This document shows, piece after piece, positions 1 to 11,999 of a stretch of 64,000 bases of DNA; position 1 is the stretch's first letter; each line of letters opens with the position of its first letter. Under the pieces are notes generated by a model. The model did no database searches. It was given only the letters and a program-made list of their open reading frames with translations, and was not told the DNA's origin. The translations under genes and the position numbers were made by a program. The DNA comes from Raillietiella orientalis (lineage: Eukaryota), in contig JAYWIR010000042.1 of the NCBI GenBank assembly GCA_036172245.1, forward strand, positions 1,302,001 to 1,366,000. Reading direction: 5' to 3'.

Positions 1-549
1 TTCTGCATAAATCAATGCTCATTGAGACACTTCGTTTCCGCTCGGATCAGCGCGGTGATTATGAAAGCACCTCGGCGAGATTTTAAAATATATATATATT
101 CGCTTCTACGGAGTACAAATGTACGGACTATACATGGGTATTTTTCGGTATATGCAACCTCGTGCGTGCGTGCGGTACTCCAGGATTCTTTAACGCAAAA
201 GCGTATGCACCCTGCAAGAGGAACCTGCAATTACAAAACAGGGCAGAGAGGCTGCTTGCCTGCAGAAGGTGTGCAAATTGAGGTCTTTCATTCTACCGTC
301 CAAGCGAATGTGTACGGAGGTGCAGCAGACGGAATGGAAAGGTCCGCTTGGATGTCTTCTCCACTCGCTTCCAGGACGTCCACCAGCGCAAAAGATTCGC
401 TGTGTACGACATCCGCGTATTCCGTGCACATCATGTCGATGCAATCGTGAATTCCATATCCTTGTTTGTCGCCTCAGGAACGTACCGTACGCCAAGTGCA
501 CGAGACGAAGCATCATCCCCCCACCCCTCCCATCCTTCTGATTCGTGTT

Positions 550-760
550 CGAAACAAATCGCACCCGAACGCCGCATTTCACCACTTCCGTGCAGCACAC
601 CATTACTTGTCGAAAGTACGATCACCGAAAGCACCACCAGTCTATTGGTAATCGTAATTGAATTGCGGACTTTCTGTGCTCGTGCTGCTCGTGGCAAGAA
701 ACTCTGGTCCAGCGCATCGAATCATCGTGTCAAAAGGAAGCAATTTCGCTGGATTGTTTT
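550..760 (+). pseudogene. H2A-like relic
   Basis: KAPPVYW (GAPVYL); VIEL...ARAARGKK (VLELAGNAARDNKK). Confidence 0.42.
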
Positions 761-859
761 CGGCGGGATGCCTTATCGGAAGGATTCTCAATCCGAGCTG
801 AATAAACATCCCATTTGCAAATAGATAGCTCCCGGAATGAATTTCTGTAACGGGAAGGA

Positions 860-1110
860 AAAAGACGGATGCCCTCGCACGACTTGCCTGTCCGGGAATG
901 TTTTGCGATTTGCCTGCGGATTATTCACGAGCAGTCTTGGCAGCCCTGCTGAAAGTTGTTGGTTGTTTTCGAGAGGTGCAGGTTTTTGTGTGCCCCCAAA
1001 CTGGGGGTTCGTTCGAACGCGGGGTTTGCCTGGTGGCGTTCCGGCGAACGGGAACCGCAGCGGTGCTAACGGTCCGCTTGGAGCAGCCAGTCGCATCCGC
1101 GGACCAAAAG
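860..1110 (+). pseudogene. H3-like relic
   Basis: VLRF (DLRF), PAESCWLF (AAEAYLVGLF), ASRIRG (ARRIRG). Confidence 0.42.
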
Positions 1111-1389
1111 CGGCATCAGTCCTCTCGATGCTGAAGATGTCTGAGAGGAGGCCGTAAAAACTACGGGAAACGAGCAGTTCGGCTGAGGATCGAACTCTCG
1201 GTGGTTGTGGCACGCAAGACACAGATCTTTCACAGTCGTTGGACAAAGTTGACGTGGTTCCAGCAATGGCTTCCTCCCCCCCTCCCCAACTCCTCACCCC
1301 TCAAATTTTTTCTTTCGCTTTCGTTTCCAACGAAAGCATCCGGTGAAATATGTTCAAAAATCCGTTAGCTGCTCTTATCTTGGCAAAAG

Positions 1390-1580
1390 GGAATTAATCG
1401 ATGTGCGATCGATCACTCGCATCCTGATAAGACGCTTGGCCAAGCGTTTTGGATCCGTCGGTGGCTCCCACATCATGACTTTGACCAACTTGCCATCTTA
1501 CTCGCTTCCTTCTGAACCCACAATGGGAAGACGCGCCATTTCCTTTGCAATTATAACATCCAGAGACGGCTATACGTGGG
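1390..1580 (+). pseudogene. H4-like relic
   Basis: DVRSITRILIRRLAKRFG versus H4 NIQGITKPAIRRLARRGG. Confidence 0.62.
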
Positions 1581-2159
1581 ATGGGGGGGGGGGGGGGGAG
1601 GACCAGTTGGCCAAATGGAAATCAAATTACTGATGCATCAAGGGAGCTGAAATCGAATGCAAATTTGTTCCTGTTCCCCTTGTTACTCGTGTCGAGGTGG
1701 AGGAAAAAGGAACCAAGGAATTAGGGACAAATGAATGCCAAAAAAAAAAAAAAAATGGGATAGGTCGTGGAAGGGTGAGAAAGATCCGCATCGTGCACCA
1801 ACATATCAAAACACTGGATGTGATTTGGAAGGAAAATTCTTGGATGGCTTTACGATGGCATTTTTCGGTGAGTGCGATCTGGCGACCCTGTGTCATTGTT
1901 GAGAAGCCATTTTTTTCGTTTATATTCGAGAGGATGCAAACAAAAGATAAGCTTTACCAGGCGAGCGATAAGCTCTGCTAAGCACTTGTAAACATAATTA
2001 GGGAGGTCACCATTTCACAAACGATTTTCCCGCCATGTTAACAGGTGGAGAAGTCGCGATCCGGCTCGGAGCCGCGCTGCATGCATCCCGTCTTTCCTCC
2101 TCAGCCCTATTGAAACTCCGGCCGTTCTGGGCACGAGAGCTCGGAGCCGTGCGGAGCCT

Positions 2160-2400
2160 GAGGCGATCGGGTTGTCTGACCTCTATGAATCCCGTGGCTC
2201 GGTTGCGGGCCCTTGCGCCCGACTCTGCGCTCCTCAGGTCAGGGACCGTCTGGACTGCTTTTGGAATTCGATTCGCCATGAAAGCAAACTGCTGTGACCG
2301 TGGCTTGACCACCGATGCAAGAAGAATCCAAGAAGGAATCCGGTCCGACGCTGCGTGCCGACGGTCTGTGTCGAGACTCCTCCACGAACCGCCCGCGGTT
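2160..2400 (+). pseudogene. H2A-like relic
   Basis: NPVARLRAL (FPVGRIHRL); ARRIQEGIRSD (PRHLQLAIRND). Confidence 0.48.
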
Positions 2401-2614
2401 AACCAGACAGGGAACACACCCGTTCGCGAAGGTTCCCCTTCGGCGCGGAAAAGGGTCGAGTCCCGCAACTTAAAGAACGCACCGTGAACTCCATGGAAAC
2501 GGATCGGCTCCTGGTGAAGCTACTCGTCAAGGCGATGTGAACGGGAACCCGAAGCATGGATTGCTTCCTCGGGCGGGAAAAATCAGTGAGTTGCATTTCA
2601 GGATCAAGCGGGAC

Positions 2615-5230
2615 TCGATTTTCGCCCGGGGTCTCCGGGGCGTTTATTTAGGTAAATGAACTGTACTATTGTCAGTTCTTCGTATGCACAGCTTGCCGGG
2701 AGTCCGTTGCGCAGATCGGGAAGGAAGGCCTCAATAGCAGAGGGGATGGGGAAAATACAATCAAAAAAATTAAACTAAAATGTATAAACTTGAATAGGCT
2801 CTGGGAAGCACGGGTAGGGATCGCTGCCTGCTCGGGGCCGTCCTCTGCATCCTCCGCAGGATGCTGGCAAGTTCGTCTCTTTTGCTATCCAGGTGGGGCC
2901 ATCTCGTTATCCTACGTAAAAGACGTAGGGTGTAGTGGATGGCGTCCCTGCCTCTTCCTCCTCCATTGGCATCGCTCCGCGTCGCCACGATCTCGCGTAG
3001 GCAGCACAGCGCTGCTAACGATGCAGCCGGCGTCAATGTGTCGCTCACGAAGAGTGGTCTAATTGCATCCCTAGGGTTGCCACATGGGGTCGGAAGGGTC
3101 GTCGCTGCAAAGCGTCCCCACAACGGTCGCAGGGCAACACAGTCCATAAGCAGGTGCGGAAGGGTTTCCCCTTCCCAGCACCTGCTGCGATGCGGATCCA
3201 CACCTCCCCGGATCCAGTGGTGTCGGCGCGCGTTGCATGGGAGGTCCCAGTGCAACAGCGGAAACGCCGCCTATTGCCACTTGAGAGGGAGGGTGCGGTC
3301 ATCCAGGAGCGAGGGGGGCCACTCGAAATCCTCACGAGGGAATGCTCAGCAGCTCACCCCAACGCACAAGTCCTCGAGGCTGGAGATCTGAGGTCGCGGC
3401 GCCGGTTAGGTGGCCCGTGGTGCAGCCAGTAAGCGTCCTGCTTCAATCGGGGACTCGGGGAAACCCGTTTGCACCCGCGCGGTATGGTTGCCATGAGAAC
3501 AGGCTCCCGGCGAATGGTTCACTTCCTGCTCGGCGAGTGCGACTGCCGAGGTGCTCCTTGCTCCGAGTGACGAATGGAGAGAAGGCAGAATGATAAAAGC
3601 TTGGAGACATACGAAAAGGACGAGGAGAGCCATTGGACAAGCAACGGTCTCAAATACAAGCAGAGCATCCTTTAACGGCCGTCTCCCGCGAGCTGGACAG
3701 AACGCCTTTGTCGAGGAAGCGCGCCGCCGTTTGCACGCTCTCGGATCGCGGTGAGGAAGACGGAGAAGCGAATTCTGCAGCGCGCGGTGGCCGTTTGTGT
3801 AGAGAAGAAGGATCTTCAGCCGTGCGCCCTCTCGGCGGTCCCGAGTAAGCCCCGAAGAAGGAAGAGCGGCGAGAACAGGACGATCGTGTGCGGATCGAGG
3901 CGAAAGAAAGAAAGAACAAAAACAAATACACAAGCTGCAGCAATCCCTCGAGCAGTACGGACGACCCGCGGCTCCCTACTGATGGCTCGGGGGCCTTCTC
4001 TGGCTCGTTCTTCGGCTTCCGGAGCACTTCCGAAACACAACAAGAGATCCTTGCACGCGCGCCTAGCGAGCTTCCCCCTGCTGTCCTCCTGAGGGTGTCT
4101 GTCCGTGGAAGAATGGGAGACGCGCGCGCGCTAGAGGCGATGGGTTTGCCAGGTTCGGTCCGCCCCCGGTCCCCTCCACCCCGCAAGAGGGAGCACCGAG
4201 AGTGAACGCCCTTCTTGTACCGCCGCCTCCCCACTTTTGGCATGTCGAGCGGGGGTGATTCCGGACGCCCCACTTCCAATGCCACTCTCAGGAAGCTGAA
4301 ATCTTCCATTTCTTTGTCCCCGTTCTTCCGAGGCATGCCGGACGGCCAACCGATCGGTCCAAGGTAATCGTGGTTGGCGGCCGGGGGGAAAGGGGAGGAG
4401 GGAGGGTAACCTCGCAGGTGAAGGGAAGCGGAGGAGCACCCGACTTGCGGAAGAGAGTCAGGGAGCGCAGAAATCCTTGACTCGCGACTGCCCCCCGGAG
4501 ACGAACGCTTCCAGGGAGCCCTGCGGGAGCAAACCGGAAGGATGCCTTGTCGGGCTGCGCCTCGATTCTTCACAGGTCGATGGGGGTCGGTAGGACGGAG
4601 TCTTCCTAAAGGTTTCTGTGGGTCCCTGCTCCAGAGAGGGCGTCCTGGATCCCGTTGCTTCCCCCGATGGAGAGCTCTCCCGTCTCTGGGAACTGGCGCG
4701 CCTCCCGGAAGCCGGAAAAGCCTCTCCGGGTCGCCGGTTTCTGCGCTGCGTACGCTGAGGCAGCACTGGGAGTGCCAGGAGCGAAGCGTCGGGGCGACCC
4801 GCGGAGGGGCTCTGTCTGGCCGCTTGCCACAAGAGCTGGCACGTAGGGGCTCCCTGGGGCATGGTCGTCGCCTACCCGGAGGAGTCCCTCGTCCGGAGTC
4901 GCGCGGCGTCTTTCCCAGGCTGAGGCATCTGGACCGCTACCGCGTCTTCCCCTGCCGAGCAACCGCCGCCGCCGAAGCGACGGAGGATGATCGGGGATGT
5001 TGCAAAACCGCCGTTCCCCCTTTTCGGCTGTCAGGGACCGACTTGAGCGGGACAAAGTCCGACTTGCTGCGTGCGGGTGCCGCTGCGTCGTCCGACCCAC
5101 GGTTTGCCCGGGAGGCGTTCCCACTGCGCGCACACGTCTGCGCCGCGAAAGGACACGGTCCGTCCCAGTTTCCCCAAACTTCCGCGGGAGAGGGTGTTTG
5201 GAGTCACCGGGGGGGATGGGGAGGGGTAAG
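2615..5230 (-). mobile_element. L1/Tx1-like non-LTR retrotransposon relic (ORF1 knuckle remnant, ORF2 C-terminal Cys/His region, 3' end)
   Basis: HWDLP...RCWEGETLPHLLMDC...LW is a zf-RVT-type motif at about 3110-3260. A knuckle remnant EPLRASSCGKR lies at about 4820-4855. The shared 3' AATAAA-hairpin is at 2615-2650. Confidence 0.7.
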
Positions 5231-5839
5231 GTAGAATGCGATCCCTCCTGACATCACTTTTTCCCTCGATGCGTCATTTCCGGGGAGCACGACGCTTGCG
5301 ACGCCAAGGGGAGACGCAGGAAAACTTTTTCTCCATAGCGGGGCCTGCCTCCATTTCGCTCTCTGGCAGTGGAACCTGCCGTTCTCGGAAGTCAGAAACC
5401 TTCCACAAAAGGATAGACAGATTTCCGTCCTAAATGTCCACGTTTGATTTTTCCTTTCTTTCTTTCTTCGTGCTAAGAAACACGGAAGCTGCGGCAGAGA
5501 TCATTGGAAAGCAGCAAAGAAAAACCAATGGATTTTCGAATTTTTCGAAGACGTACACAGCAAAATAGAGGAGGGAATACAGTTGTATAATTTACATCAA
5601 AAACGAAAATTTTCAACAATATTTTTCAAAGAAACTTAAAATACCACGATAAACTTACAACAAGGTGAACCGATGGGCAACGACAACTAAACGATGAAAA
5701 CAAGAGAGCATTTACAAGTCTGCGTAGGCACCTTACCTGCACGTGTTTTCCCTACGCAACTCTATTGAGCTGACAAGAGCAGATTTTGTTCAAATTATCT
5801 CGGTATTAGTACGTGAAAATATCAAGCGAATGGGTCCGC

Positions 5840-6060
5840 CGTATCTTCCCCCTGATAGCTTCTGCACTCTTCACGGGCTCCATAGGACAGACATCCCTTC
5901 TTTTGCAGCTGTCTTCGTGTCTTCGTGGATTGATGGCGCCGTCGGGGGGATCTTCTGGACGGTGCGTCCAGTAGACATCGCTGCTGTGTTGGATGCATCA
6001 GGCGCCTCAGTTCGGGATGGCAAACCCCGCGGACGACTCCATCGGTTCGTGGGTCCCGGG
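5840..6060 (-). pseudogene. H4-like relic
   Basis: VVRGVCHPELRRL (NIQGITKPAIRRL); CKRRDVCPMEPV (AKRKTVTAMDVV). Confidence 0.5.
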
Positions 6061-6129
6061 TTCCTGATGCGTCGTCGACCATGACTGCCCGCACTTCAGC
6101 CCGGAGTCCTTTTTTCCTCAGCGGTGAAG

Positions 6130-6410
6130 GCGATCCCCTGGTATTCCCCTTCTTTTTCCGTTCTTGTGAGGCTAAGAACACTCCTCGGTGCTGTCGAAAC
6201 GGGCAGGAGAGATTTCGAACAGCAACAGGCGGAGATCCAAAGCGACCTGACCCCATGCAACGCTGCCGCGGTTCGTTCCAATGTGACCTTTGCGTGTGGA
6301 TGAAGCGGCGTTCGGCCTTCATCCGGTACGCTCCCCGCTCGCTGACGATCGCACGTGCTCTCCGTGACCTGTGCGACCGCGTGTGCGTTTGTCGGCTTCG
6401 CTTCACGTCT
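6130..6410 (-). pseudogene. H3-like relic
   Basis: RSRQTHTRS (RTKQTARKS); AALHGVR (VALREIR); VRNLSCPFR (IRKL-PFQ). Confidence 0.42.
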
Positions 6411-7095
6411 TCCCTTTTAAGAAAAGTGGAGGAGGGGGAAGCGGGTTGGCGGGGGGGGGGAGCCAACTCTTGAAAACCTCGCTCGTGTTTGTTCTGATTT
6501 CGAAAATTCGAAGGAATTGTACTTGAGCGAGGCGGAACGACCAAGCAAACAAACGATCATCAAGGAACCGGGAGGAAAATCTCGTTTGAAAGCGACAGCA
6601 AAATTGGGCTCTCGATTTCCACGTGACTTTGATCCGTTGCTTGAGGATCGTTTTTGATCCGCCTCCATTTCTCTTCCCCCTTCACGTGGATGCTCTGTTC
6701 CACCCGCACACTCCAAATGCCTGTTTTTTTTTTTTTTTTTTTTTTTCCCCGGCCAGTTCTTAGTCTCAGCAAGCAGCAACTCAACACGACTACCCGCAGC
6801 CTCGACCTTTCCGAAAAGGCAGCTGCTCGTGCGGGAGGCTTTGGGAATCGGTGGGACCGAATTGGGTGGCTTCCGAGGGGGACGAACCGGATCCTGGAAA
6901 CAGCATTCGGGGAAGCTTCAGCATCGATAGAAAGAAGAAGTCGCGCGAGATCTCACGAAGAATCCCACTCTTTCTCTTTAGGGGTGAGACCCTGCTGCTA
7001 AACTGACTGAGACATGGTCAAAGCTGAGTAAGGCGCTGGGTCTGATGTAAGAAATAAGCTCTACTTTTAGATACCTCTTCACCAATTCCCTCTAA

Positions 7096-7330
7096 GTGAA
7101 CTCTGTTTCCATATGGGTACGCCAGCTGCTGCTGAAACTCAAATTCAGAGACTGGGGTGGGACGGGCTGGAAGCGGAGACGGGGGATGCGAGGGAACAAA
7201 CAAAAGAGCGGGGTTCCCCGTTTTCTTGGATCGCAAATTAAGACCTCGTCTCTGCTTAGCCACCGGGAAGTGCACGCGAGAGCGTGCCTCCTTCTGGTGC
7301 CAACGCTGCCAGAACCACCACGACAACCCA
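7096..7330 (+). pseudogene. H2B-like relic
   Basis: NSVSIWVRQLL (ESYSIYVYKVL); LLSHREVHARACLLL (TITSREIQTAVRLLL). Confidence 0.58.
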
Positions 7331-7489
7331 AACAACTTGCGCGTGCCGTGCCGCCGCGAACACACAGCAAATGGAAGCCATGCGATGTTGCATTGCGTAT
7401 ACGCCATCGGGAAACCCAATCCGTTCCAACACCTGTCTGGCGCTTACCTTGCAGCACGGAAGGAAAAGAGTTTCCTTTGGTTCTTTCCG

Positions 7490-7760
7490 AGAAGCTCTAG
7501 GGCTCGACTTTCCGAGGCTCTCTGCGATCAACAAGCTGCTATTCTGTTTACTGAGGCATACGTGCTTGGGGCAAGCCTGGTTCTCGAGAGGTCCAGGGAG
7601 CCTTGGGATAGGCAGTAGTTCCTGGCTGTTATTGAAAGGTGGTGCGTGCGGGCAATGAGAGTCTGCACGAACGAGACGCAGAAAATTTGGGGGTACCTCG
7701 GGGGAGCTGCGATTAAAGTGCCTTCCATTTCACTCCACAGAGAAGCTTTAGACGGGATTT
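7490..7760 (+). pseudogene. H2A-like relic
   Basis: LGLDFP..AINKLL (AGLQFPVGRIHRLL); VVRAGNE (LELAGNA). Confidence 0.43.
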
Positions 7761-7880
7761 TGAAGGGCAGCTCTTTCCTTTAAGTGCGTGTGCGTGTGTG
7801 CCGTGGAATCATCAAACGAAAACGATCTTTCGAAGCTTCCGATTTTCATAGTAGAATTCAAAATGCTTCCTCCTCAGAAT

Positions 7881-7883
<3 letters not shown>

Positions 7884-7946
<63 letters not shown>
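7884..7946. repeat. (CA)n microsatellite
   Basis: Uninterrupted AC dinucleotide run. Confidence 0.98.
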
Positions 7947-7951
<5 letters not shown>

Positions 7952-8749
7952 AAGAAAAAAGGGGAACAGCTAGCTGGAACCTCAGATCGATTTTAACATT
8001 CATCCAGGATTTAAGGGATTGTAGAGGTGGGGATTTCTGCAAGAGAAAAGGAGTGCTGAAAAGAGTCTTCAGAGATGTTCCTCAAAAAAAAAAAAAAAAA
8101 AAAAAAAAACGTACCGATTTCATTGGTTTCACCGGACCTTTGATTAGGGAGGCTTTTTCCTTTCCGAGTGATCGCGGACTTTGATCCGCAGCCACTGCTT
8201 CTGTACTCTTCCGTCGACGTGTTCCATTGATTGGCGTTATTTTTAGTGATCCTTTTTTGTTTGCACACACACTCGTATTTCCAGAGAGGGAGAGAAAGCT
8301 GGGGGATCATTTGAATGTGTTTCAATGTGATTGTCCTCGTCCTCCCCCCCCACCACCACCTTGGCGAGGGCGACTTATTTTAACACGGAAACCTTTGATC
8401 CGATTCCGGTCAGGAGAGGCATCCCAGCCACGCCAGCGGCGGTGGAGATGCCGCCGAAAAACCGATCGTCCGTCCCTTAATGGTTTCCTCCTTCCCCCAG
8501 GATGCGCGCTGAATTTTCCGAGTATCCGAATATAAGAAGCTGAAGATCGAATGCACACGCGGTTCTCCGAACTTCTAACTTAATAGTAAAAGATTTCATC
8601 ATTCATAAATTTACAATTTACCGTTTTCCTCAGCCATTTTACCCTCTCTCGAGTGGCACCAGGTCTCCACTCGAGAGACCGAGCGCTCGAAATCATTCGG
8701 AAACTCTGAATTCCGTATCCTCTAATAGACTGCGAAGAAGGAGAGGTGT

Positions 8750-9870
8750 GGTCCACTTCTTCTCCCAGCAGCGGATGCTGCGAGAATCGGCAGGGCGGTC
8801 CGAATTTCCCCTCGAAGGGTCGCAGCCGGGTGCGCAGTACGGCTCGGGTCACAGGCATGAAGGCAGCATCGATCGCACGGTCCCTCGACGACCACCTGCG
8901 CTCGCCGCGGAAGCGTGGGAGGCTATCGTGGAAGGGCGCGAGCGACGTCGGCTGCACCACAGTCAAACCGAGTTGGAAGTACCGCCCGCGCAGGAAACGG
9001 TTCCCACCCCACCCCACCCCCCATCCCTGACGCTCACGGCGCCTAAGAAAGGATTGGCTCCATCTCCCGGAGGTTGCGGCTGAACGCCTGCGAGATGACG
9101 ACATCCTGCGAAATGCCAACGTGAGGCAACTCCAGGTCCGGGACGCGCCGAAGCGTTCGGTTCGAGAGTCCCTGAACGACCCCTGCGTTCCAGGAGTTCC
9201 GAAAGGAATTCCCGGAACGCCATGTGGCAAAGCGGAAATAGAGATGCGCTAGCATGGTGGGAAGTATCCTGCGAGATCGCGGTAAAGAAGAAGCAGCTGG
9301 GATGCTGGACGCCGCGTCAACTGGCTGACGAATGTACCCCTGCGGCTCTCCCCAGAGGAATTTGTCGCTGGATGGAACTCCTGGACATTCCTCCTGAAGA
9401 GGCAAAGTATCCCCAGTGTTTGTGGACAGCTCCACGCTTCCCCTAAAGTGACAGAACTCGGGATTGCAGTGATTGGCCTGGGCGATCCAGTGCAACGTGC
9501 GAGTCCACAACAGGACAGGGGGGATTGCGGCCCCAGACTGTACCAGGTGCGGAAAACGGGAAGCCTTCCCGCACCCGTTGCTGGATCGTGTTGCCCTCCT
9601 GAGTGTCCAGGAACGATTCGCTGTGGCCCTCCCGCTCCGGACGGACAACGTCAGGGAGGTCTTGCGACGCCTCTTCGCGCGCGCCTCGATGTCTCCTGCA
9701 ACTGTCAGTTCCGTACAGCCTTCGTGGGATCTGTGAACCGGTCTGCGAACCAGTGACCCGGCAGGCTCCGTGGTTCTTAGTGCGTGGCTGGAGCATTGCT
9801 GCAGCCACTGACATATCTGTTGAAGTTTATTTTTAAATAAACGACCCGGCGAAATCCGGGTGACAATCGA
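8750..9870 (+). mobile_element. L1/Tx1-like relic, 3' part
   Basis: PDCTRCGKREAFPHPLLD is a zf-RVT-like motif at about 9535-9590. The region ends in AATAAACGACCCGGCGAAATCCGGGTGACAATCGA. Confidence 0.7.
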
Positions 9871-9989
9871 ATGCTTTATGCAAGTCGACTGCGATCGCTA
9901 GGGCTCCCGCCCCGCCCTTGGGATTCTGGTTCGACTGCACCGACCTGGAGCATCTTTATTTTACTCGGTCGCGCCTTTTACAAAACCGA

Positions 9990-10270
9990 CTGCGACCGCA
10001 AGCGCCTCCGGCGCCTCCCAATCCCTTGTCATCTCGGAATCCAAAGTTCCTTTGATGCACTGGTGCGATCCTCTATTGCAGCTGAAGAGGGAAGCTTGCA
10101 GGGCAAGGTCTGCTCGCTAACTTCAGTGTCATCTCCGATTCCTGGTTCCTGAGACGGTGCACCGTCCATCTCTCACGTGGACCTGTGCGAGGCAAGCCCG
10201 TGTGCGTGGGATCGATCCACACAGCAACAACAATCCTTTACCCTTCATGGTGGCCGGCTTTCGGCGAGAT
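9990..10270 (+). pseudogene. H3-like relic
   Basis: LRRL...HLGIQSSFDALVR (IRRY...ELLIRKLPFQRLVR); HLRF (DLRF); VDLCEASPCA (VGLFEDTNLCA). Confidence 0.58.
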
Positions 10271-10329
10271 CCCTTCGTCCTGAGTGTCTCCAGGCAGTAC
10301 CCGTGGCGTCGAGGAGGCCTTCTCGCCAC

Positions 10330-10660
10330 ATGGTCTCAAGCGGAAGAGGAGGATGGGGGAGCAGTCGCTTAAGAAGAGTGCTGGTCGGAAGCTCTTTCGG
10401 CTCCGGACCACTCCAGGAATGCGCGCGTGCCGCCTGCGACGATCCCGTGGTCTCAGACAAAAAAGAGTTTTCGTGCGCCGTGCTGTACTTCCGCTTCACG
10501 TCCTTGCCTCCTGGCCAATGTCCGCCGCAATCCAGCTCTTGCTTGTAGTCATCACCTCGAAGAGTCTCAGCGTCCGAGACGGAAGGTGGGACCACGCTTG
10601 GACCACGTCTCTTCAGCTTTCCGGATGGGGTCACAACTGCAACCGGAACTATGGGGAGGT
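10330..10660 (+). pseudogene. H4-like relic
   Basis: SGRGG..SRLRRVL (SGRGK..KRHRKVL); LLANVRRN (FLENVIRD); RRKVGPRLDHVSSAFRMG (KRKTVTAMDVVYALKRQG). Confidence 0.58.
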
Positions 10661-11389
10661 GATGAAAACAAGAGCGGAACGGGTGAGGCGGAATCTCTAG
10701 AGGTGGCAGCGCGGCCGCGCAGGCATGACGAGCGATGACGTCCTCAGGGAGGATCTATGGAGAGCAGAAGGGCACACCATGGGGAAGGAAGCCCGGCTTC
10801 CAAAGAAGACTCCGTGGGGCGAAACGCCTTCTCCAGGACTCGACGTCCTTGCGGGGACCGGAGTTGCATCTTCGGTTGCTGGCGGGTTCCGAGCGCATCC
10901 ACCTGGTCTTTTTTCTTTTCTCCGAGGAGGTGTGGTTTCTGGGTTCTCGTCTCCACGTGAAGCCTCCGCAAAGAACGCCCACGAGTTTCTGCTTCCGGAG
11001 TGGAGCTTTCCTCGTCCCTTTCCCCCCTCCCCTCGCAAGGGTGGACATTCTGCTTCGGCTCTGGCGCTCACCAGGGGCATCTCCATCGGAACCTGCGAGC
11101 AAGGAAGCGCACATCATTCCAGCCCGTCGATCTTACAGCGCGTCATAAAAACCTACAGAGACCCCAGAATTCGGGAATCCTGAATTCCCTTCTTTTTTTA
11201 TCCCTACTATTCCATCCCTTCATCCCAGCCCCCTTGAGGCGGATCTCAGCGAGAAGGGGGAAGCTCCCGAGAACTGTCCCATAGGAACCTCTCTCTTCCA
11301 GGAGGGATGGCTCGTCGGCCCGAGTTGGTCCTCTTAGCCGGAGCGAAAGGAGCAGTGGGTAGTGGTCGGGAAGGGAAAAGGGGTGAGGG

Positions 11390-11560
11390 GGTGGAAACGA
11401 AGCCGTCCATTATGATGCGAGAGCATCGACTCGAAACGTGAGCGCCCTGTTCCTCGTGACATCAGCAGGGGAGGCTGCTGCTCCTTTGGTTGCCACTCTG
11501 CTTTCAGGAGATACTGGTTTCGTGAGGCAGCTGCGGTCGCAGTTGCCCGGTCAGACTGCA
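11390..11560 (-). pseudogene. H2B-like relic
   Basis: QLPHETSIS (QVHPDTGIS); SMLSHHNGR (SRLAHYNKR). Confidence 0.48.
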
Positions 11561-11619
11561 CGCCTCCCTTCCCCCCTCCCCCTTCCTCCCTTGTTGTCTC
11601 TCGCGAGCAAACACGTCAG

Positions 11620-11860
11620 TGCATGCAGATGCTCACGGAGTCAGAAAGAGCATCCTTCACTCATATGTCGATCCTCGTACACATACACACACAACTCTCT
11701 GGAGGCATGACAACAAGATTTCAGGAATCGGATCCCACGTCATTGCCTAGGAAACAAGCTCTCAGAGGTCACGTGAGCTCTTCAACCTCTGGAGACTCCT
11801 TCAGTGCGCTCTGAGTGAAAGTCGGTTTCCCGGGCGAAACTGGAAGGAGAATTCTGAGAA
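11620..11860 (+). pseudogene. H3-like relic
   Basis: RSQKEHPSLICR (RYQKSTELLIRK); QQDFR (AQDFK); LQCALSESR (NLCAIHAKR). Confidence 0.52.
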
Positions 11861-11999
11861 TATCCTTTTGGCACGCGTGCTGGCCTCTGGTCACAGCTTC
11901 CAGTAGCGGGAGCCAGGGGACGAACTTCTGAACGCTGCGGTGGCGCTGCGGCTTGCACGGCAGCAGCTCCGTCACTGGACTTGCGGCACTCGTTGCCCC

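Noticed and set aside
9836..9870. Helitron 3' end or self-cleaving ribozyme
   Set aside because: There is no CTRR terminus after the hairpin, and I could not fit hammerhead or HDV cores by eye.
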